Source: Clostridia bacterium
GTDB taxonomy: Bacteria; Bacillota; Clostridia; Oscillospirales; CAG-272
Assembly: GCA_017623355.1 (NCBI GenBank)
Contig: JAGAPG010000014.1
Coordinates: 6,272 to 70,271, forward strand
Direction: 5' to 3'
Length of the DNA stretch: 64,000 nucleotides
The notes under the pieces were generated by a model that saw nothing but the letters and a program-made list of their open reading frames with translations, searched no databases and was not told the origin of the DNA. Below are positions 40,081 to 48,122 of this stretch, piece after piece. Both the position numbers and the translations under genes were made by a program. Numbering within the stretch: position 1 is the first letter of the stretch; each line of letters starts with the position of its first letter.

Positions 40081-40131
40081 TTGCTTATATTTTCAAAAAA
40101 AGAAAGCATAATAATGAAAAAAGGAGGGTTT

Positions 40132-41373
40132 ATGAGTATTATAATAAGATCACTAAAAGCGCGTGAAATTATAGATTCACGTTCAAATCCAACAATAGAA
40201 ACTACAGTTACCTTGGATAACGGAATAAGTGCAACTGCCTCCGTGCCATCAGGCGCATCAACAGGAACATTTGAAGCCGTCGAGCTCAGAGACAATGAAA
40301 AAAGATTCAATGGAAAAGGAGTTTCAAAAGCTATTTCAAATGTAAATAGTATTATAGCACCGCTTATATTAAACAAGCCGTTTTCTTCCCCAAGAGAAAT
40401 TGACAATATTATGTGCGAATATGATAACACAGAAAACAAAAGTGTTTTAGGCGCAAACGCCACACTTTCTGTTTCTCTTGCTGTTTACAAAGCCTTTGCC
40501 AAGCATCATTCTCTTCCTCTCTATAAATATATAGGCGGTGAATTTGCAACTCGAATCCCTGCTCCTATGATGAATATTTTAAACGGCGGAGCTCATGCTT
40601 CCAATAATATTGATATACAAGAATTCATGATAGTTCCAATAGGTTTTTCGTCTTTTTCAAAAGCTCTTCAGGCAGGCTGCGAGGTGTACCAATCACTTGG
40701 AAAGGTTTTAAAATCAAAGGGATATGCAACATCTGTCGGTGACGAAGGCGGATATGCTCCTAATTTGAGCAGCGAGGAAGAAGCTATTGATATTATTCTT
40801 GCTTCAATAAGAGGCGCAGGATACTCTACTGACGAAATCAAAATTGCTCTTGATATTGCCTCAAGCGAATGGTACGAAGAAGGAAAGTATAAATTACCGA
40901 AGGCGAAAATCAATTTTTCAGCATCTGAGCTAATAGAAAAATGGGACAAGCTTATCTCTAATTATCCGATAATTTCAATAGAAGATCCTCTTGGTGAGTG
41001 CGATTACAGCGGTTGGCAAAAAATCACCGAAAAACTTGGCAAAAAGACATTGCTTGTAGGAGATGATCTTTTCGTAACGAACAAAAAAAGACTTGATTAC
41101 GGAATAAAAAACGGAATTGCAAATACAATTCTTATAAAGCCTAATCAAATAGGTACTTTGAGTGAAACTCTTGATGTAATAAAGCTTGCCAAGGAAAACG
41201 GTTATTTTTCTATTCTTTCTCACCGTTCCGGAGATACAAACGACACATCAATTTCCGATATTTCGGTAGGAGTTATGTCGGAATTCATAAAAACGGGCGC
41301 TCCATGCAGAATGGAAAGAGTTGCAAAATATAACAGACTTTTGAAAATAGAAAACGAGCTTTTTGGCATTTAA
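40132..41373 (+). CDS. eno: enolase
   Basis: AREIIDSRSNPTIE, SVPSGASTG, GDEGGYAP, SIEDPL, VGDDLFVTN, IKPNQIGT, SHRSGDT and IKTGAP. Start moved to MSIIIR, with AAAGGAGGG upstream. Confidence 0.93.
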   Translation: MSIIIRSLKAREIIDSRSNPTIETTVTLDNGISATASVPSGASTGTFEAVELRDNEKRFNGKGVSKAISNVNSIIAPLILNKPFSSPREIDNIMCEYDNTENKSVLGANATLSVSLAVYKAFAKHHSLPLYKYIGGEFATRIPAPMMNILNGGAHASNNIDIQEFMIVPIGFSSFSKALQAGCEVYQSLGKVLKSKGYATSVGDEGGYAPNLSSEEEAIDIILASIRGAGYSTDEIKIALDIASSEWYEEGKYKLPKAKINFSASELIEKWDKLISNYPIISIEDPLGECDYSGWQKITEKLGKKTLLVGDDLFVTNKKRLDYGIKNGIANTILIKPNQIGTLSETLDVIKLAKENGYFSILSHRSGDTNDTSISDISVGVMSEFIKTGAPCRMERVAKYNRLLKIENELFGI

Positions 41374-41437
41374 ATATATGTTATTTCATATTTATAAATA
41401 AATTTTAAGTTAAGGTGAGAAATTTTTATTTCTTGCC

Positions 41438-41467
41438 TTGACTTTTTGCCTACTCTTATGCTATACT
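41438..41467 (+). promoter_or_regulatory. candidate promoter for SRP RNA precursor
   Basis: TTGACT, an 18-nt spacer, then TGcTATACT (extended -10). It lies about 60 nt upstream of the predicted mature 5' end. Confidence 0.4.
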
Positions 41468-41530
41468 ATTACATATCTCATGTTCGTTAAAGAAAATTTG
41501 ATATAAATTTAAATATTTCACAAAAAACAA

Positions 41531-41830
41531 GTTGTGATATAAGGTCATACTAGCTGGGGCGGTAGCGGTGCCCTGTACCTGAAATCCGCTATATGCAGGG
41601 GTGAATCCTAATCTGAGGACTGGTTTTGTGTGGTCTTGCGCCATTTGCGGATGCGTTGACGAATGAGTCTTGCGCAATTTCCGGCTGTGAACCGTGTCAG
41701 GTGGGGGACCAAGCAGCACTAAGCAGTTTTGGAGATGTGCCGTGAGGGTGCTTGTTCTGAGCATACGCTCTTGGTTTGCGCATGTAAAATCAGCTCGAAT
41801 TTTAGGTGTATGATCTTATATGACATCTTG
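41531..41830 (+). ncRNA. ffs: signal recognition particle RNA, large Bacillus/Clostridium type (with Alu domain)
   Basis: GGGGCGGTAGCGGTGCCCTGTACCTGAAATCCGCT...GTGTCAGGTGGGGGACCAAGCAGCACTAAG parallels B. subtilis scRNA as I recall it. The 5' segment gtgatataaggtcatac pairs with the 3' segment gtatgatcttatatgac, and a T-run follows. Synteny with dnaX-ybaB-recR also fits. The ends are approximate. Confidence 0.85.
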
Positions 41831-41856
41831 TTTTTTGATTTAAGAAGGAGGATTTT

Positions 41857-43431
41857 ATGCATCAAGCTTTATACAGAAAATACAGACCTATTGTATTTGA
41901 CGACGTTTCCGGTCAGGAGCATATAACCTCTATATTAAAGCACGAAGCTCTTAATAACTCCGTATCACACGCATATTTATTTGCCGGATCACGCGGAACA
42001 GGAAAAACTACTTGTGCAAAGATCCTTGCAAAAGTGGTAAACTGTCTTTCTCCGACAAACGGAAACCCGTGTAACGAATGCGCTAACTGTAAGGCAATCG
42101 ATTCAGGAAATGCAACTGATGTTATTGAAATGGATGCTGCAACAAATACAGGTGTTGATTATATTAGAGATCTACGCGATAACGTAATGTATACACCTGC
42201 TATGCTCAAAAAAAGAGTTTATATCATAGACGAGGCTCATATGCTTTCTGATAGCGCTTTTAATGCTCTTTTAAAAACCATCGAAGAGCCCCCAGAGCAC
42301 GTGTTATATATTTTTGCTACAACCGAGCCTCACAAAATTCCTGCAACTATAATTTCAAGATGCCAAAGATTCGAGTTTAGACGCATATCAATGCAGGAGC
42401 TTTCAAAAAGACTTCTCTTTATTGCTCAAAGCGAAGGAATTACTCTTGAAAGCGACGGTGCTACTCTAATTGCTAAAAATGCTCAGGGCGGTATGCGTGA
42501 TGCTATAAGCCTGATGGAGCTTTGCGCAGGATCGCACAAGCCTATCAATGCCGAGCTTGTAAACGAAATACTTGGCACAAGCTCATATGATAAAATGTGT
42601 GACGTTGCAAGATATATTGCAAGCAAAAATTATTCTAAGCTATTTGAAACTATAAATAATATTGTTGTTTCTTCGAAGGATGTTTTGGTATTCTTCTCTG
42701 ATCTTACATCATTTTACAGAGATATGTTGGTTCAAAAATCCTGCGTCGGAGCTAAATATCTTGATCTTATTCCTCAAGAATACAAGCTTCTTGAAGAGGT
42801 CACTTCTCTTTTTGATATGGGAACGTTACTTTATCATTCGCGTCTTTTAGATGATGCATATTTAAATATGATGCGCAATCCCACAAACAAGCGTTTATGC
42901 GCCGAAATAACTCTTATGAAAATGTGTGATCCCAAGTTATCAGTCTCTAACGATGCTCTTTTGGCAAGAATATCTGTTCTTGAAGACAAGCTAAGGCTTA
43001 TTTCTAAGGGTGTTGCGTTATCACCTGATGTTTCGTCTGTAGATACACAAGGTGATATTGATGATAAATCGAGTAAAAAATCCTCATCATTTACAGAAGT
43101 GCAAGAAGAAGCTGTCAGCGAATCGGTTCAAAGCGATACGATAAGAAAAGTTGAAAATTGGTCGGATATTATCGTAAAGGTCGGTGAATACGATCAAGCC
43201 GTTGAAAGCTTTCTTAAAAATTGTGAGTGTTACTATATTCCAAAGGAAAATAAATATAACATAGTTACATCAAATAAATTGATGGCTACTATGCTTTCAT
43301 CTGACAGAAATAAAAAATATATTTTAGATTCCATGATCTGTTGTGATGTTGATATTGATTCTCTTTCACAGATCAATATAATTTTAAAAACCGCTAAGGA
43401 AGCGGTTTCCGATCTTGATGAATTTATTTAA
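41857..43431 (+). CDS. dnaX: DNA polymerase III subunit gamma/tau
   Basis: ALYRKYRP..F.DV.GQEH, GSRGTGKTT, a C-x-C zinc module, IIDEAHMLS, and SRCQRFEF. Confidence 0.96.
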   Translation: MHQALYRKYRPIVFDDVSGQEHITSILKHEALNNSVSHAYLFAGSRGTGKTTCAKILAKVVNCLSPTNGNPCNECANCKAIDSGNATDVIEMDAATNTGVDYIRDLRDNVMYTPAMLKKRVYIIDEAHMLSDSAFNALLKTIEEPPEHVLYIFATTEPHKIPATIISRCQRFEFRRISMQELSKRLLFIAQSEGITLESDGATLIAKNAQGGMRDAISLMELCAGSHKPINAELVNEILGTSSYDKMCDVARYIASKNYSKLFETINNIVVSSKDVLVFFSDLTSFYRDMLVQKSCVGAKYLDLIPQEYKLLEEVTSLFDMGTLLYHSRLLDDAYLNMMRNPTNKRLCAEITLMKMCDPKLSVSNDALLARISVLEDKLRLISKGVALSPDVSSVDTQGDIDDKSSKKSSSFTEVQEEAVSESVQSDTIRKVENWSDIIVKVGEYDQAVESFLKNCECYYIPKENKYNIVTSNKLMATMLSSDRNKKYILDSMICCDVDIDSLSQINIILKTAKEAVSDLDEFI

Positions 43432-43446
43432 TAAAGGTGGTATATT

Positions 43447-43800
43447 ATGAAAGCAATGGTTCCAAAGGGTCCTAGTATGAATGAAATGCTCAAGCAGGCC
43501 CAAAAAATGCAAGAGGATATGCAAGCTAAACAAGAAGAGCTTGAAAACAAAGAATACGATGTTTCGGCAGGTGGCGGTGTCGTTAAAATCAAAATAAACG
43601 GCAAACGCGAAATCTTATCTATTGATATTGCACCCGAGATCGTTGATCCCGATGATATTGAGACTCTTTCCGATATTATGGTAGCTGCAGTAAATGAGGC
43701 TATAAAAAAGGTTAACTCGGATGCAGACGAAGAAATGAAGAAGGTTACAGGTCCTCTCGGCGGTATGGGCATGGGAATGGGTCTTGGCGGTATGTTTTAA
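43447..43800 (+). CDS. ybaB: YbaB/EbfC family nucleoid-associated protein
   Basis: MNEMLKQAQKMQEDMQAKQEEL...SAGGGVVKIKINGK... Confidence 0.92.
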   Translation: MKAMVPKGPSMNEMLKQAQKMQEDMQAKQEELENKEYDVSAGGGVVKIKINGKREILSIDIAPEIVDPDDIETLSDIMVAAVNEAIKKVNSDADEEMKKVTGPLGGMGMGMGLGGMF

Positions 43801-44399
43801 TGGAAACATTATTAAAGCCGCTTCAGGATCTTGTGGATAAATTTCGTTCCCTTGAAGGAGTTGGCAAAAAAAGTGCTACAAGAATGGCTTTCTCGGTTTT
43901 AAGCATGAACGATGATGATGCGAAGGCCTTTGCCGATGCTATAATCGCTGCTAAAACAAACATTGGCTTATGCTCTGTTTGCCAAAATATTTCTGATTCA
44001 GAAATATGCGATATTTGTTCATCTTCATCAAGAGATCGCTCTGTTATCTGTGTTGTTGAAGATCCGCAAAGCGTTATGGCTCTTGAAAAGGTTAAGGAAT
44101 ATAACGGCGTTTATCACGTTTTAAACGGTACTATATCCCCTATGAAGGGTATCGGTCCTGATATGCTCAAAATAAAAGAGCTTTTAAAAAGAGTCGAGGA
44201 TGAGCATATTTCAGAGATTATTATTGCTACTAATCCAACCGTAGAGGGTGAAGCTACTGCTATGTATATCTCAAGGCTTTTAAAGCCGTTTGATATAAAA
44301 GTAACCAGAATTGCTAACGGTTTACCGGTAGGCGCTGATCTCGAATACGCTGATGAAATAACTCTTTTCAGAGCGATCCAAGGCAGGCACGACATTTGA
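43800..44399 (+). CDS. recR: recombination protein RecR
   Basis: LEGVGKKSATRMAF HhH motif, a C4 zinc finger (CSVCQN...CDIC), and a Toprim domain (VVEDPQSV...ATNPTVEGEATA). Its ATG overlaps the ybaB stop by 1 nt. Confidence 0.96.
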   Translation: METLLKPLQDLVDKFRSLEGVGKKSATRMAFSVLSMNDDDAKAFADAIIAAKTNIGLCSVCQNISDSEICDICSSSSRDRSVICVVEDPQSVMALEKVKEYNGVYHVLNGTISPMKGIGPDMLKIKELLKRVEDEHISEIIIATNPTVEGEATAMYISRLLKPFDIKVTRIANGLPVGADLEYADEITLFRAIQGRHDI

Positions 44400-44418
44400 T
44401 TTGTAAAGGATATAATTA

Positions 44419-45561
44419 ATGAAATATATATTTTTTGATATTGAATGCGCCAATTGCTTTCACGGCAACGGAAAGATCTGCTCTTTTGGATATGTTGTGA
44501 CGGACGAGCATTTTAACATACTTGCAAAAAAAGATCTGGTTATAAACCCTAAAGCGAGGTTTTATTTGCCCTGTCGCGATAATCAACCGGAAATAGTATT
44601 AGCTTACGATGAAAAGGAATTCAAGGCATCTCCCGATTTTACGGCATTCTATCCGGAAATACGGTCACTTCTTACCGATGACGATGCTATTATTTTTGGA
44701 TTTTCCGTAATGTCTGATGCGAGATACATAAAAAGTGAATGCGAAAGATATGAAAATAAGATCTTGAAGCTCGGATATGAAGATAAATTCTTTGATTATA
44801 ATTTTATCGATGTTCAACGAATATATACGGATCTTCACCATCTTGAAAATACTCCTTCGCTTATAAAATCTGCTGCAAGCTACGGTGTTACCGAAACTCA
44901 GGATGTCCATAAAAGTGATGAAGATGCTTTATTTACTATGAAGGTAATGAAGGGCATCTGCGAGGAAACATCTTTATCGGTTGAGGATGTAATAAAAAAA
45001 TATCCAAACTGCAAATGCTGGTGTAAAAACGGAGAGCTTGATACGGAATATACTCACTATAAGGAATATTTACGCACCAAAAGACTTTCCGATATGGAAC
45101 AGATCACAAACAGTGCGCGTTCAAACTGGATGCACGGTCTTGATGCTAACCGTCAAGCATTTTCTAAATATTCTTCAAGAGTTTTTATAGATTACAGAAA
45201 TATAGATTCTCCCCTTTCGGGAAAAAGAATATGTATAAGTAATTTATATGAAGAATATCACTTCAAGGAAATGATGAATATAGTATCTATTCTTGCTAAA
45301 AAAGGAATAAAATACACTTCTAATTCTTCATATTGCGATATTTTTGTTACATATGATTTCAAGGATGAAAACATTCATCCAAGCTGTTATAGAAAAAACA
45401 AAGCTTTACGCACTGTGAATTCAGGTGTTAGACAAATTGAATTTATAACATTTGACGAATTTATTGATGCTATTGGAATTGATGAGGCTTCTCTATCAAT
45501 ACTTGACAAAAGCTCTTTAGCTCCGTTACGAAAAATAAAAAAAGCAAGATATAAAGCCTAA
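44419..45561 (+). CDS. DEDDh-type 3'-5' exonuclease with C-terminal BRCT-like domain
   Basis: Exo I motif IFFDIECAN, Exo II motif GFSVMSDARYI, and Exo III motif HKSDEDALFT. The C-terminal segment LSGKRICISNL...ILAKKGIKYTSNSSYCDIFVTYD looks BRCT-like, which is an inference. Confidence 0.65.
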   Translation: MKYIFFDIECANCFHGNGKICSFGYVVTDEHFNILAKKDLVINPKARFYLPCRDNQPEIVLAYDEKEFKASPDFTAFYPEIRSLLTDDDAIIFGFSVMSDARYIKSECERYENKILKLGYEDKFFDYNFIDVQRIYTDLHHLENTPSLIKSAASYGVTETQDVHKSDEDALFTMKVMKGICEETSLSVEDVIKKYPNCKCWCKNGELDTEYTHYKEYLRTKRLSDMEQITNSARSNWMHGLDANRQAFSKYSSRVFIDYRNIDSPLSGKRICISNLYEEYHFKEMMNIVSILAKKGIKYTSNSSYCDIFVTYDFKDENIHPSCYRKNKALRTVNSGVRQIEFITFDEFIDAIGIDEASLSILDKSSLAPLRKIKKARYKA

Positions 45562-45564
45562 TTT

Positions 45565-45598
45565 AAACCCCCGATAAAATCGGGGGTTTGGCTTTTTA
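45565..45598. terminator. bidirectional terminator
   Basis: 11-bp stem aaacccccgat/atcgggggttt. Confidence 0.8.
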
Positions 45599-45606
45599 TC
45601 TTGCTT

Positions 45607-46293
45607 TTATTTAAACTCTGTAAGATCCTCGCAAAGCATCCTTTTGCGAATTATAGAATAAAGCTCTGATATCGGGGATTTTGTTAATATTCCCGTATTT
45701 TTCTTTATTGCTTCTATTATAAGCTCCGGATTGAGATTTTTCTCATTACCGGAGCAAACAACAGTATTTATAACTATATTGTTGTTCAGATAATTTACAT
45801 TTATCGATTTTATGTATTCTCTTATATTTATTTCCTTTTCGTTACCCTTTGACTTTTTTATTATATATAAATCTTTTTGAAATAACGAATTTATTTCTTG
45901 CGCTGTCGTCTCCTCTACATAAGGCGAGGAAATTGTTATCTCGTAATCTATATACGAAATTTTTTTGAGCTTTGTATCGGGCACATAAACATCAACCACC
46001 TTCATTTCCTCGGGAAAATTAACGCTTAAACGGCGCGATATTTCGTCGCAAGGCATAGGTGTGTTTATTTTTATGTCCATATACTCACATTCACTCTCAA
46101 CTCCAACTGGAAGCGGAACAGCAAAAACGATCTTAGGCTGAGGATTAAAGCCCTCGGAATACCAAATATCTATTCCTGAACGAACTATTATTCTCTGCAT
46201 CGTTCTTGCAAGATCAAGATGTGAAATGTACATAAGAGATCCGTACTTTTTAAATTTTATTCTTATCGGAGTTATTTGGTTTTCGGGCACCAT
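45607..46293 (-). CDS. TIGR03936/DUF2344 radical-SAM-associated protein
   Basis: IRIKFKKYGSLMYISHLDLARTMQRI...GFNPQPKI. It is always partnered with the upstream radical-SAM gene. Confidence 0.8.
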   Translation of the reverse strand: MVPENQITPIRIKFKKYGSLMYISHLDLARTMQRIIVRSGIDIWYSEGFNPQPKIVFAVPLPVGVESECEYMDIKINTPMPCDEISRRLSVNFPEEMKVVDVYVPDTKLKKISYIDYEITISSPYVEETTAQEINSLFQKDLYIIKKSKGNEKEINIREYIKSINVNYLNNNIVINTVVCSGNEKNLNPELIIEAIKKNTGILTKSPISELYSIIRKRMLCEDLTEFK

Positions 46294-48122
46294 GTAATAT
46301 CACCTCCGAGTTTATTTGCTCCACATCCGGAGCATTTTTCTTTACAGTTTGGTGTGGTTTTGCTTTCATACGCTTTTTTGCTTTCAGATATAAGAAAACT
46401 CTTATTTACGCCGATATCTATAATATCCCAAGGCAATATCTCATCATAAGACATTTTTCTTGTAGCATAAAAATCGGGGTCTATGTCACAATCTGCGAAA
46501 ATCTGCATCCATTTATCATAATCAAAGTATTCATCCCACGCATCAAATCTCACTCCGTTCTTCTGCGCGTATGCTATTGCCTTTGAAAGCTTGCGGTTTC
46601 CCTTTGAAAATACAGCCTCAAGTCTTGAAACCTTCGCCTCGTGCCAATTATAATGTATTTTTCTATCAGTTATTTTTTCGGCAAGAAAGCTCTGCTTGTC
46701 ACGCAAAAGCTCAAGAGGATTTTGTCCTTCCCATTGGAACGGTGTATGTGGCTTCGGAACAAAGCACGAAACACTAACAGTTACGCTTACAGGCTTTTTA
46801 GGTCTTACGGGCATTTTATAAAACTCATCAACAACATGCTTAGCTAAAACAGCAATACCCTCTATATCCTCATACGTTTCTGTTGGCAAGCCATTCATAA
46901 AATAAAGCTTGACCTGGCTTTTTCCGCCCTCAAAAGCAAGTCTTACCGCATTCAAAAGATCTTCCTCGTAAAGATTCTTATTGATTGCATCACGAAGCCT
47001 TTGAGTGCCCGCCTCAGGAGCGAATGTTAAGCCAGATTGACGAATAGAGCTTACTTTATTCATAAGCTCTTTTGTAAAGCTATCGGCTCTTAAAGAAGGC
47101 AACGAAAGATTTATTTTATTCGGATTTGTCCATTCAAGAAGCTTATCGGTAGCATCGTGCAAGCACGAATAATCACTGATAGAAAGTGATGTTAATGATA
47201 TTTCCGTATATCCTGTATTCTTATAAATTTCCTTAGCTTGATTATTCAAAGTTTCGGCATTTTTTTCACGAACAGGGCGGAAGACCATTCCTGCTTGACA
47301 AAATCTACAGCCTCTTATACAGCCTCGGAAGGTCTCAAGCATTATTCTATCATGTACTACCTCAATAAACGGCATTATAGGCTTTGTCGGAAAATACGAT
47401 TTATTAAGATCGGCAACGATTCTTTTCTCTACTTTTTTAGGAACATCCTCATATTTTGGCTTGAAGCTCTTTATAGTTCCATCTGTATTGTATTCAACAT
47501 CATAAAGCGAAGGAACATAAAAGCCCTTTAAATGAGACGCTTCTCTTAAAAAATTCTTTTTATTATATGTTCCGTTCTTCTTCATTTTTATATAAAGACG
47601 TGAAAGCTCAACAAGAGCCTCCTCACCCTCGCCTATACTAAAAATATCAAAGAAATCAGCAACAGGCTCAGGATTATAAGCACAAGGGCCTCCGGCTATC
47701 AAAACAGGCATATCATCTGTTCTGTCTGCAGCGTAAATAGGTAGCTTTGCAAGATCTATCATATTTACGGCAGTTGTATAGCAAAGCTCATACTGAAGGG
47801 AAAAAGCAACTATATCAAAATCCTTAACGCTATCCTTGCTTTCATGAGCCCACAACGGAATATCGTACTTGCGCATTTGCTCTTCCATATCAGTCCAAGG
47901 AGCATAAACTCTCTCGCACCACACATCAGGCTCTTGATTAAGTGCTCCGTAAAGCAATCTAACACCGAGGTTTGACATTCCTATCTCATAAAGATCAGGA
48001 AAGCAAAATGCTATTCTGCAATTTATATCCTCTTTATTTTTTATTATTTGTCCGTATTCTCCGCCCGTATATCTTCCCGGCTTTGATACGGATTTTAAAA
48101 TTGAACTTAAATTTTTATACAT
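46272..48122 (-). CDS. B12-binding-domain radical SAM protein (TIGR03960-like)
   Basis: CIRGCRFCQAG (CxxxCxxC), an N-terminal B12-like domain, and 616 aa in total. Confidence 0.85.
   Translation of the reverse strand: MYKNLSSILKSVSKPGRYTGGEYGQIIKNKEDINCRIAFCFPDLYEIGMSNLGVRLLYGALNQEPDVWCERVYAPWTDMEEQMRKYDIPLWAHESKDSVKDFDIVAFSLQYELCYTTAVNMIDLAKLPIYAADRTDDMPVLIAGGPCAYNPEPVADFFDIFSIGEGEEALVELSRLYIKMKKNGTYNKKNFLREASHLKGFYVPSLYDVEYNTDGTIKSFKPKYEDVPKKVEKRIVADLNKSYFPTKPIMPFIEVVHDRIMLETFRGCIRGCRFCQAGMVFRPVREKNAETLNNQAKEIYKNTGYTEISLTSLSISDYSCLHDATDKLLEWTNPNKINLSLPSLRADSFTKELMNKVSSIRQSGLTFAPEAGTQRLRDAINKNLYEEDLLNAVRLAFEGGKSQVKLYFMNGLPTETYEDIEGIAVLAKHVVDEFYKMPVRPKKPVSVTVSVSCFVPKPHTPFQWEGQNPLELLRDKQSFLAEKITDRKIHYNWHEAKVSRLEAVFSKGNRKLSKAIAYAQKNGVRFDAWDEYFDYDKWMQIFADCDIDPDFYATRKMSYDEILPWDIIDIGVNKSFLISESKKAYESKTTPNCKEKCSGCGANKLGGDITWCPKTK

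Noticed and set aside
41456-41926. Track ORFs 41456..41764 (-) and 41729..41926 (+).
   Set aside because: They lie entirely over the SRP RNA gene and the dnaX leader. They have no SD, and their GC-rich composition is explained by the RNA structure.
42200-42220. An A7 run (ctcaaaaaaagag) in dnaX, considered as a possible programmed frameshift site for gamma/tau.
   Set aside because: It lies near codon 117, inside the ATPase domain. That is far from the domain III/IV boundary where the E. coli-type A-AAA-AAG signal acts, and no downstream hairpin is present.
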